From the NCBI GenBank assembly GCA_965231085.1, contig OZ246413.1, forward strand, positions 91,991-155,990: a stretch of DNA of 64,000 bases, given 5' to 3'. Position 1 is the first letter of the stretch; every line of letters starts with the position of its first letter. The position numbers and the translations under genes are program-made. The stretch comes from an uncultured Candidatus Saccharibacteria bacterium (GTDB lineage Bacteria; Patescibacteriota; Saccharimonadia; Saccharimonadales; UBA10212). The notes under the pieces were generated by a model that saw only the letters and a program-made list of their open reading frames with translations, did not search any database and had not been told where the DNA came from. Shown piece by piece: positions 31,051 to 40,089 of the stretch.

Positions 31051-31087
31051 TGGTATCAGGAAAACGAACAAAAAATTTATAAAACAA

Positions 31088-34000
31088 ATGGCACGCCAAA
31101 AAACAAAAATTTGCCTTTCGTGTAACCAGCTTTTTCGAGGTAGGCTGGATGCAAGAACCTGTTCGGAGCGGTGCCGTAAGCGTTTACAGAGAGCAAAGCT
31201 GCTAGTTGAACAAGAAGCTTCTGCAATTAAATCAGCTACTACGAATATAATTTCTGAGGTTGAGAATAAACTAACACCTTTCGCAACTGAGGAGGGGTTT
31301 GTCGGTGAATCACAGACTATAGCTACCACCCCATCACCTCAGTCGACTACTCAGCCGGCTATAGCTCAGTCACCGGTGATGCAGTCCCAGCCATCTGTGC
31401 AGCAACCTAGTGTTAACCCAGTTTCTCAGGCGCAAATACCAAGTGAGCCGATTTCTAGTTCTGTTACAACACCAACCCCTCAAACATTAATAGCGCCAAG
31501 CCCTATTCCAGTTGCGCAGCCACCAAAGGTAGAAACAGAACCGTTAGCGGTCTCATCTAGCCCGGTTGTTATCCCTCCGAGTCTAGAAAGCCCCCCCAAG
31601 GAGCCAACAACTCCATCCTCTGCGGTGCTCACTAAAAATGCCGAAGACTCCTTGGAGTTTATCCCTGCACAGACTGCCTCAGTTAGTTCACCGCTAGATG
31701 TTGCTACCCCGACAATCTTTGGCAATACCTATAGCCCTACAGCTACTCCTCGGACAGTAGAGGTTGCTCCACTAGGGCAAGGCGCACCTGCCCGACCTAA
31801 CTTGTCGAGCCCAATTCGCCCCTCCTCAATCCTCCCACCAGAGGCACCAAAGCCTCCTAAACCTCGGATGCCTAAGATCAACTTTCCATCTTGGGCTAAG
31901 ATGGCCATTGCTTCGACTGTGGTAATTTCGGCAGTAGCTATCGGTACATATCTCTTGGGCAACCAAAATGCCCAAACTAAAGTAAGTAACCAAACCACCA
32001 CCAATGCAGTTGCAGGGCAAGATGTTTTACCCTCAGGCTCTAACGTAACAAGCCTACACTTCAATAAAGCCGTCACCATAGATCAAGGGGCCAGCTTTAC
32101 TGCAACAGGCCCGTCAACATTTAAAAATCTAGCTAATTCGGCAGACGCATTTAATGTTCAAGCAGCCGATGGCACTAATCTGATAGCCGTTAATACTATT
32201 ACCGGTCTTGTAACTATAAACGGTATTCAAGGTTCGGGTGCATTGCTGACCAGTATTAACGCATCCAATATTACTAGCGGGACCCTGTCTAATTCACGGT
32301 TAGCTAGCAATGTAACACTGCTTGGTAATACCTTTAACGGGGCTAGCCAACTAGTCCAACTCAATTCGTCAGGGGCTATACCGGTGTTGGATGGTGCAAA
32401 CTTAACAAATGTTAATGCTCTCAGCCTACAAGGCAACGGTGCTAGCTACTACACCAACGCCAGCAATATAATTTCCGGGACGCTCAGTGACGTTCGATTA
32501 AGCACAAATGTAACACTGCTAGGCAATACCTTTAACGGAGCGGATCAACTAGTTAAATTAAACGGAATCGGCGGATTACCAGCTCTGAATGGTAGTCTGT
32601 TAACTAACCTGGACGCTTCTAACGTAAGCCTCGGAACTCTTAGTGATAGCCGTTTAAGCGCAAATGTCGCTCTACTTAATGGCACCGGCCCTCAAACTTT
32701 TACAGGTAGTAATAAGTTTACTGGCCCGACAGTATTCCAGACACTAACTAATGCTACTAATGCCTTCCAGTTGCAAAACCAGGCAGGGAACAACAACCTC
32801 ATAGTAGGCGACACCATAAACACTCGAGTTGGTATAGGCGTTGCAGCACCAAACTACACACTTGATGTTAACGGTGATGCCAACCTGGCCAACGGCCAAG
32901 CTTATCGTATTAACGGCGTAGCTGTTTGTACTAACGTTGGCTGTAACCCAAGTGGTGGGTCTAGCAGTTATGTCCAGGTTCAAGCCTCAACTCCTGGGTC
33001 TGCACAAACTGGTAATTCAAACATTACTGGCACAGCTATAGCTGGGTCGTTCTCGGGCTCTGGTTTAGGCTTAACCAACTTGGATGCTTCTCAGGTTGCT
33101 GCGGGTACCCTTAATGACTTGCGTTTGTCGGCCAATGTAACTCTTCAGGGCAATAACTTCAACGGCGCTAGCCAGCTGGTTCAAACAACTGCTTTAAGCT
33201 ATCTACCAGCGCTCAATGGCTCGCTACTCACCAACTTAAACGCTAGCAACATAGCTACGGGCACAATAGGTGACGCCCGGTTATCTGCTAATGTTGGATT
33301 ACTAAACGGTAACCAAACATACAGCGGCAACAATACTTTCTCTGGTAGCAATACCTTCAATAATGTAATTGTGGCCCCTGGCATTCAAACTACTAATACT
33401 GGCCACATAATAAACGTTGCATTCACCGGCACAGCCAGCGGCGCTTTGACCTATAACTTTGACGTAGCAGCTACCCCCGGAACCTATACTATCTGTACCT
33501 CCGTGGGCAACTGTTCTGGCGTAGGCGGAGGAGTTACCACCAGCGGCGGCACAATTAATAAAATTGCCAAGTTCAGCGGTTCACAGACTCTAGCTGACTC
33601 AATAATTACAGATAATGGCACGACAGTCACAATAGCTGGTAACCTCGCCGCCAACACAATTACCCAAAACGGCAATACTGTCTGTGACGTTGGCGGCAAC
33701 TGTGCCGGTGTTGGCGGGCAGGTGGGCACCTTCGGTACACCTACTGCCGGTACGATTGCATTGTTCCACGGCTCGGCCACTATAGAGAACTCAATTCTTA
33801 CTCAGTCTGCCGGTACCGTAACTGCGGGCGGTAACTTTAACGTAACTGGCAATTATCAAGTAAACGGTGTGCAGATAACTAGCGCTGTTTTGAGTAACGA
33901 TGCCAACATAGCTAAATTAAACGGCAACCAGACGTTTACTGGTAACCAAACATTCACTGGCACAGTGTTAATCCAGCCAGCCGTTGATAGCACTAGTATA

Positions 34001-37000
34001 TCGGTTATCCAGAATCACGCCGGAAACAGTAACCTATTTATTGCTGATACCAGCAATACCAGAATTGGTATAGGCAAATTGCCAGCCTACACGCTTGATG
34101 TAAACGGAGATATTAATGTGTCTACCGGCGGTTCTTACCGTATTAACGGTACTGCCATTTGTGGACCATCAACTACTTGTGCACCAAGCTCCGGCAGCAC
34201 TTCCTACATCCAAAACTCTGTAGCTCAGCAGACTAGCGCTAACTTTAACATCCAGTCTACAGCTACTGGATCGGTAGTGGGCGTATTGCAAGGTAAGAGC
34301 GGGCAGACAGCCGATCTTCTGCAAGTTAAGGATGGTTCGGCCAATACAGTATTATCAGTAGGTAACCAAGGCCAAACAATCTTTAAAGATAGTTCCGCCG
34401 GCTCGGCTACCTTCTTCCAGGTCCAAAATTCCTCCAGCGTATCTTTGCTTACGGCTAATACTACAACCGGTCAAATCTTACTGCCTAACGCAACTTTAGC
34501 CAGTACTGCACTATTGATTGGCGGCGACGCAAATCTGTACCGCTCAACTGCCTCTACTCTAAAGACTGATGGGAATGCGATAGTAGCCGGCGCAACAACC
34601 TCACTGGGCATATTGAACGCTAATGCTACGGGTAAAACAGCAATTACTATTGCGGACTCTGGTGCTCAAAACTCCGGCCTTACCATTGGGGGCGATACCA
34701 ACCTGTATCGCAGCGCTGCTGGTATACTCTCGTCAGACGCATCGAGCTTAAGACTTCAGTCCGGCACCAATACTCTCTACCTTGGATCTAATGGCTCGCA
34801 TATCTTGGGCGACCCATCCAATACTACTTTAGCCTTCGGAGGAAGCCTATATATTCAGAATGCCGCAGAGAGTGTGACCTATGGCAAATGGAACGCTACC
34901 GGGCTAGCCTTAGGTGGTAATGTTGCTGCAACTTCACAGCTGATGCTTGTATCCGATGCAGGCACAGCCGCCAGTGGTATAAAATTTGGCTCAACGGGCG
35001 ATACCAGCGTCTATAGAACAGCCGCTGGCTCACTGGCCGTTCAGGGCACCTCAAACTCCTCTACAGGCTTCCAAGTACTCAACTCAACAGGTACAGCCGT
35101 CCTGGCAGCCGATACCACCAACCAACAAATTAATGTAACTAACCTCCAATCCACTGGCTCCATTAGCCTACAAAACTCCCAAGGCGCCTCAATCCAACTA
35201 AGAACCGTATCTTCCTCCTCAACCGGCCTAACAGTCTCAGGCAATGAACTAACTGACAAAACTAGATCTACATCTACCCAAGGCGATGGCCGCCAAGCCC
35301 CAGACAGTAGCACGGGGGTGTGGGAAGGGACGACGAACTTAGCACCACTAGGTGGTGCAGAGAGCGCTATCTCACAATATTATCTAAACAACCAGAGTAT
35401 GACCATATCCAGAACCAGTGAAGTCGCTAAGTTTGGCACATATTCATTTAAAGCAGTTGGCAATGGTTCTGGTACTCAGTCTGTTGAGTGGCGAGGCGAT
35501 AATGTAGGCACGAGAGTAGCAGTTACGGCTGGTCAAACCTATACCATGTCCTTATGGGAGAAATCTTTGGCTAGCTATGCGAAAACACCAATACTCAATG
35601 TTGTTTACTACGATAACGGCGGTTCGATTATCCAAAACACTAATACCAGTGTTACTGTGCCCAGTCCTACAAGCTGGACTAGAGTTTCGTATACTACAAC
35701 AGCTCCAGCCAACGCCGTTAGCGTACGTCTAATATGGACCGTTCAAACCGTTGGAGCAGTAGGGGAAACATATTACTTTGATGGCGTACAATTCGAAAAT
35801 AAAGCTTACGCCACCCCTTATGTAGAGACAAATTTAGCTACGGCCAGCCGAACCGCGGCTGTTGTGACTGCACCTTCTGCTAATCTGAATACCACACAGG
35901 GTTGGGTTGCTGTAAGGTTCCGAGCAGGAGTGCCAAGTGGTATATCTGGCGGAAATGGAATTATCTCTTGGCGAGCTGACTCCAGCAACTATATTGACCT
36001 TTATTACAATGCTACATCTGGAACGAAGTGGAACGCTCGTCGGTCGGCAAGCAGCGGAACGATTAATGACGTTAATATTAGTAACTCCATTGCTGTTGGT
36101 GATCTAGAAACTGTTGTCTTTGCCTGGACTTCAACCCAGCTTATGCTAAGTGTTAATGGCTCTGCCTTTACAACCGCCTCGGATACGGCAATACCTTCTG
36201 GAATGCCAGCTACATTCAAGATAGGGCAGGGCGATGGCGGTGTTGGCAATCTTGACGGCGACATACTATGGATGGCTAGCGGCACTGGCACTCTAGCCAA
36301 CGCCGATGCTACAACTCTAAACGCCTACGGTAGTTCTGACCCAACACTATCAGGACTTGCATCACTAAACTCTGGTGCATCTTCCCCAGCTTTTGCTTGG
36401 GACGGAGTAGATACCAAATACTCTGGGACAAATGCTAGCTATGTTAACCAGTCTGGCATTGCAATTGATGATGTTAGCCTGACTCACTCGGCCAATGGCT
36501 CGTTAACACTGCAGGGTGCAGTAAACTCCACCACTGGTTTCCAGATACAGAACTCCTCAGCTACAGCACTTCTTACAGCAGACACCACAAACATGAGAAT
36601 ATCTGTTGGATCTATTGGTACAGCTACTGGGCAACTGTTTGTGGGCGGTAGACTGGCCGCAAGCAATACAAGTAGCGTTGCATACACGGGAGCTTATGCC
36701 CTCACAGGGCAGGGCAGTTATATATATGCGGTTGGGGGAAGTACGCTAAAAGTTTTGGACGCTTCTAGTCTTGCAATTGTAGGTTCCGTATCTACTAGTA
36801 CTGGTCCCCAAGCGGTTGCGGTAAGCGGTAAGTACGCCTACGTTGGAACAGGCAGCGGAGGAGGTAATAAATTTGAAGTTTATGATATTAGCAATCCATC
36901 AACACCAGTTAGTAAAGCATCAATCAGTACATCCCTTAGCTCTATCCTGGATATTAAGGTGCAGGGTAACTATGCGTACGCCGTCAGTCAGTCTGCAGCT

Positions 37001-39763
37001 ACAATGCAAGTTTTCAACATTAGCAATCCATCAAATCCGGTGTCTGTAGCAACATACACAACAGCAAGTTCAAACTTGCTGAAGATAAACATTCTGGGCA
37101 AATATGCATACATCGCTGGGTACAATACTAATAAGCTAGAAGTGGTTGATATATCTAATCCATCCTCACCAGTAAGTGCTGGTAACTTTACATTAAGCAC
37201 AGGTATTCCATATGGTTTAGCAGTACAAGGAAGGTACGCTTACATTGACGGAGGAACGGCCTTCCAGGTAGTAGATGTGTCCAACCCAGCTAGTATGAGC
37301 AGTGTTGCAACAACCACATCAGGGTCCAACCCGCTAGCCTTATATGCTCAAGGCAGATACGTTTATGCCGTTGATTACACGGACGCTTTAATAAAAGTTT
37401 ATGATGTCTCAACTCCGTCAGCCCCAACAGCTCAGGGCACAATTAGCACTGGTGCAAGTTCTGGGCCAAATTCGCTCTATGTACAAGGACGCTATGCCTA
37501 TGTAGCTAATAATGGAGGCAACACGGTGCAGGCTTACGACTTAGGTGGGGCATACGTACAGCAACTCGAAGCGGGCGGGGTAGAAGCAAGCACAATCCAG
37601 GTTGATAGTAGCCTTAAGGTTAACGGTGACACTAACATGCAAGGGGGGCTGAGTGTAGGCCAGAATCTACAGGTTAGTGGTAATATTGGCGCTAGTGGTG
37701 CAGCCTTGTTCCAGAATTCCACTAATTCAACCACTGCTTTCCAGATACAAAGTTCTACAACTACCTCTCTATTCAATGCAGACACGGCAGGCATGAACAT
37801 AACTCTAAATGGGGCCAATAATGCAGAAATTGGAAGTTGGGCAACTAACGCTAACTCCTTACCAGCAGCCCGAGAGCACGTAGCTACTGTTACCGCCAAC
37901 GGATATGTTTATGTGATGGGTGGTTGGTTAAGTGGCGCGCAATCCACCGTCTACTACGCCAAACTTAATACTGATGGCTCAACCGGTGCCTGGACGACCA
38001 GCTCTAACCCACTACCTTTAGCAAGAGCTAGGGCTCAGGCAACTGCGTACAACGGCTATGCCTATGTGCTAGGAGGATATGACGGTTCTTCTGCTGTAGC
38101 TACCGTCTACTACGCCAAACTAAACAGCGACGGTTCTACCGGCAGCTGGGCGACTAACACCAACGCTCTGCCAGCGGTTCGAACCTATGGTAGCGCAGTT
38201 GCCTATAACGGATTTATCTATATGGTTGGCGGTGATAACGGAACTGTAACCGGCCAATCCACCGTCTACTACGCCAAACTTAATGCTGATGGCTCAACCG
38301 GTGCCTGGACGACCAGCGCTAACCCGATAACCTCAGCTCGTATGGGGCACTCCTCGGTGGTTGCCAATGGTTACCTTTATGTACTAGGCGGAACTACTGG
38401 AGCCGACAACGCCATTACTAACACTGTTTATTATTCTAAGTTGAATAGCGATGGTTCAAATGGTTCTTGGAGTAGCACTAACACTATGCCAGCCAGCCGA
38501 GGTTATGGGGCGGCGGCTACAGTTAATGGGTACGTTTACTACCTGACTGGTTTTGACACCGGGAGTAATCCTAACTCTGGTATCTACTACGCCAGACTTA
38601 ATTCTGACGGCTCAACTGGCTCCTGGTCAACGTCGGCCAATTCTGCTACAACGGCTCTTGGAGCCTACCCAGGGGCAGCAGTCTCGAACGGCTACATCTA
38701 TCTGATCGGTGGTCGGGCCGGGTCTACTCAAGCTACCGTCTACTATACCTCTACCTCCCGTATCAAAGTGGGCGGATCGCTTGATCTGGTTGGCCTTGGC
38801 GGGCAAAATCTAAACGAAGGGAACACAGGCGGCTCAATAACGGCGGGGAACATAGCAGCCGTAGGATCGTTGCAGGTGCAAGGGGCTGCCAGCTTTGCAC
38901 AGGCCTTAAGTGTTAACGGAAGTATTAACGTGGCTGGCAGTGCGCTGTTCCAAAATGCGGCAAACTCAACTACCGCCTTCCAGATACTTAATGCTGCCGG
39001 AACCAGTATCCTAACAGTGGACACCTCTACAAGCGGTGGGGTCATAACCCTTGGCTCAGCCAGCTCTACCCCAGTTATATTAGTGCTTGGTAATAAGAAT
39101 ACTTCAGGCGACCCAACCTGTACTGACGGGGCAGTTTACTACAACTCTAATTCCACGCAAATTCGGGGATGTGTAAATGGCGCCTACAATAACATAGGCG
39201 GAGACAATGTAGTTACAGCCATCCCAACTACAAATCTATATGATGGTAGGAAAGTAAAGCTTCGAGCTGGCTCATCGCCTTATGATTTCGTTAGCTTGAC
39301 ATACGATGCTACCTACGGGAAATGGGTTTCGGATGAATCAGTAGCTATCGATACACCACAACAGCAAACAGCGACAGGGGCGCCAGGCGATACATCAATA
39401 TCGTATAGCGTTTTCTGGAAACCATACATAGATGCCGGATTAATCCCGCAGTTAAGGATGACCGGTCTTACGAATCACGATGCGACATCCACAAGCTCAG
39501 AATTAGGTTGGACGGCTCGACATGTTAGCGATTATGACTATGCTGCATCCGTACCAGATGATCTCACGACTATCATGACAACGTACGAGCAGCGCGCCCA
39601 AACAACTGCAAATAAATACGTTGGCATGAACATAAATTGGACAACGGTAACAAAACCAGCAACGCCAAAGGATATATTGTTAGTGAATATTTATGCGGGA
39701 GCCTCAGCTGGCGGGACACTATCCTATAGGGCTACGATATCGATACGTTGGGTTAGCCAATAG
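31088..39763 (+). CDS. Giant surface protein 1 (2891 aa). Domain order: cytoplasmic C4 zinc ribbon, P-rich linker, TM anchor, tail-fibre-like stalk, CBM4/9-like, LamG-like, 7 LVIVD repeats, 6 Kelch repeats, C-terminal tip
   Basis: A single uninterrupted ORF. The motifs were read from the translation (see findings). Confidence 0.85.
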   Translation: MARQKTKICLSCNQLFRGRLDARTCSERCRKRLQRAKLLVEQEASAIKSATTNIISEVENKLTPFATEEGFVGESQTIATTPSPQSTTQPAIAQSPVMQSQPSVQQPSVNPVSQAQIPSEPISSSVTTPTPQTLIAPSPIPVAQPPKVETEPLAVSSSPVVIPPSLESPPKEPTTPSSAVLTKNAEDSLEFIPAQTASVSSPLDVATPTIFGNTYSPTATPRTVEVAPLGQGAPARPNLSSPIRPSSILPPEAPKPPKPRMPKINFPSWAKMAIASTVVISAVAIGTYLLGNQNAQTKVSNQTTTNAVAGQDVLPSGSNVTSLHFNKAVTIDQGASFTATGPSTFKNLANSADAFNVQAADGTNLIAVNTITGLVTINGIQGSGALLTSINASNITSGTLSNSRLASNVTLLGNTFNGASQLVQLNSSGAIPVLDGANLTNVNALSLQGNGASYYTNASNIISGTLSDVRLSTNVTLLGNTFNGADQLVKLNGIGGLPALNGSLLTNLDASNVSLGTLSDSRLSANVALLNGTGPQTFTGSNKFTGPTVFQTLTNATNAFQLQNQAGNNNLIVGDTINTRVGIGVAAPNYTLDVNGDANLANGQAYRINGVAVCTNVGCNPSGGSSSYVQVQASTPGSAQTGNSNITGTAIAGSFSGSGLGLTNLDASQVAAGTLNDLRLSANVTLQGNNFNGASQLVQTTALSYLPALNGSLLTNLNASNIATGTIGDARLSANVGLLNGNQTYSGNNTFSGSNTFNNVIVAPGIQTTNTGHIINVAFTGTASGALTYNFDVAATPGTYTICTSVGNCSGVGGGVTTSGGTINKIAKFSGSQTLADSIITDNGTTVTIAGNLAANTITQNGNTVCDVGGNCAGVGGQVGTFGTPTAGTIALFHGSATIENSILTQSAGTVTAGGNFNVTGNYQVNGVQITSAVLSNDANIAKLNGNQTFTGNQTFTGTVLIQPAVDSTSISVIQNHAGNSNLFIADTSNTRIGIGKLPAYTLDVNGDINVSTGGSYRINGTAICGPSTTCAPSSGSTSYIQNSVAQQTSANFNIQSTATGSVVGVLQGKSGQTADLLQVKDGSANTVLSVGNQGQTIFKDSSAGSATFFQVQNSSSVSLLTANTTTGQILLPNATLASTALLIGGDANLYRSTASTLKTDGNAIVAGATTSLGILNANATGKTAITIADSGAQNSGLTIGGDTNLYRSAAGILSSDASSLRLQSGTNTLYLGSNGSHILGDPSNTTLAFGGSLYIQNAAESVTYGKWNATGLALGGNVAATSQLMLVSDAGTAASGIKFGSTGDTSVYRTAAGSLAVQGTSNSSTGFQVLNSTGTAVLAADTTNQQINVTNLQSTGSISLQNSQGASIQLRTVSSSSTGLTVSGNELTDKTRSTSTQGDGRQAPDSSTGVWEGTTNLAPLGGAESAISQYYLNNQSMTISRTSEVAKFGTYSFKAVGNGSGTQSVEWRGDNVGTRVAVTAGQTYTMSLWEKSLASYAKTPILNVVYYDNGGSIIQNTNTSVTVPSPTSWTRVSYTTTAPANAVSVRLIWTVQTVGAVGETYYFDGVQFENKAYATPYVETNLATASRTAAVVTAPSANLNTTQGWVAVRFRAGVPSGISGGNGIISWRADSSNYIDLYYNATSGTKWNARRSASSGTINDVNISNSIAVGDLETVVFAWTSTQLMLSVNGSAFTTASDTAIPSGMPATFKIGQGDGGVGNLDGDILWMASGTGTLANADATTLNAYGSSDPTLSGLASLNSGASSPAFAWDGVDTKYSGTNASYVNQSGIAIDDVSLTHSANGSLTLQGAVNSTTGFQIQNSSATALLTADTTNMRISVGSIGTATGQLFVGGRLAASNTSSVAYTGAYALTGQGSYIYAVGGSTLKVLDASSLAIVGSVSTSTGPQAVAVSGKYAYVGTGSGGGNKFEVYDISNPSTPVSKASISTSLSSILDIKVQGNYAYAVSQSAATMQVFNISNPSNPVSVATYTTASSNLLKINILGKYAYIAGYNTNKLEVVDISNPSSPVSAGNFTLSTGIPYGLAVQGRYAYIDGGTAFQVVDVSNPASMSSVATTTSGSNPLALYAQGRYVYAVDYTDALIKVYDVSTPSAPTAQGTISTGASSGPNSLYVQGRYAYVANNGGNTVQAYDLGGAYVQQLEAGGVEASTIQVDSSLKVNGDTNMQGGLSVGQNLQVSGNIGASGAALFQNSTNSTTAFQIQSSTTTSLFNADTAGMNITLNGANNAEIGSWATNANSLPAAREHVATVTANGYVYVMGGWLSGAQSTVYYAKLNTDGSTGAWTTSSNPLPLARARAQATAYNGYAYVLGGYDGSSAVATVYYAKLNSDGSTGSWATNTNALPAVRTYGSAVAYNGFIYMVGGDNGTVTGQSTVYYAKLNADGSTGAWTTSANPITSARMGHSSVVANGYLYVLGGTTGADNAITNTVYYSKLNSDGSNGSWSSTNTMPASRGYGAAATVNGYVYYLTGFDTGSNPNSGIYYARLNSDGSTGSWSTSANSATTALGAYPGAAVSNGYIYLIGGRAGSTQATVYYTSTSRIKVGGSLDLVGLGGQNLNEGNTGGSITAGNIAAVGSLQVQGAASFAQALSVNGSINVAGSALFQNAANSTTAFQILNAAGTSILTVDTSTSGGVITLGSASSTPVILVLGNKNTSGDPTCTDGAVYYNSNSTQIRGCVNGAYNNIGGDNVVTAIPTTNLYDGRKVKLRAGSSPYDFVSLTYDATYGKWVSDESVAIDTPQQQTATGAPGDTSISYSVFWKPYIDAGLIPQLRMTGLTNHDATSTSSELGWTARHVSDYDYAASVPDDLTTIMTTYEQRAQTTANKYVGMNINWTTVTKPATPKDILLVNIYAGASAGGTLSYRATISIRWVSQ
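35096..35337 (+). repeat. 242-nt tract identical, apart from one synonymous mismatch, to 44347..44588 in the paralogous gene
   Basis: Base-by-base comparison. The only difference is G35317 versus A44568. The flanks drop to roughly two-thirds identity. Confidence 0.95.
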
Positions 39764-39970
39764 AATCTATTAGGCAATAAGTAGTACAGCACAAAAACAA
39801 CTAACTGTGGATAACCATAAGCGTGATTGTGCAGGATACAACGCATAGAACAAACAAATAGTTCGAACGAAGTGTTTAGCATCAAAATACCTAACACCTT
39901 AAACTGGTAATACGTGTTATAACTTACACAACAATAAATTAACTAAAATAAGTGAGACTATGTGAGACAA

Positions 39971-40006
39971 AGTGAGACAAAAAACACCTTACGTGTCTCA
40001 CTTTTT
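39971..40006 (+). terminator. Terminator-like hairpin between the two giant genes
   Basis: Stem agtgagac/gtctcact with a 16-nt loop, then ttttt. It lies immediately upstream of the -35 box of gene 2. Confidence 0.45.
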
Positions 40007-40010
40007 CTCC

Positions 40011-40039
40011 TTGACTATGATTACATCTGTAACCATAAT
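40011..40039 (+). promoter_or_regulatory. Putative sigma70 promoter of giant gene 2
   Basis: TTGACT (40011..40016), a 17-nt spacer, then CATAAT (40034..40039). Confidence 0.55.
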
Positions 40040-40089
40040 TAGTGTTAGTTAATCGAACAAAAAAATTAACAAAAACAAATAAACAAAAA

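Noticed and set aside
35096-35337. A diversity-generating retroelement (TR/VR pair) as the explanation for the near-identical 242-nt tracts.
   Set aside because: No reverse transcriptase is present in the window. Both copies are in frame in the middle of coding regions, not at a C-terminal lectin-fold variable region. The single difference (G/A) is synonymous, and the many adenines are unchanged. Gene conversion fits better.
30837-39814. Perfect DnaA-box 9-mers (TGTGGATAA at 30837 and 39806) and the AT-rich 14.5 kb region near gyrBA as a possible replication origin.
   Set aside because: There are only two isolated boxes, 9 kb apart, and each belongs to a duplicated gene-upstream unit. There is no box cluster and no dnaA or dnaN gene nearby. 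The AT-rich region contains only two-mismatch variants.
39948-40002. The repeated gtgagac units (three direct copies and one inverted) as a mini-CRISPR or iteron array.
   Set aside because: The units are only 7 nt long and irregularly spaced, and there are no spacers or cas genes. The last direct copy and the inverted copy form the terminator-like hairpin between the giant genes.
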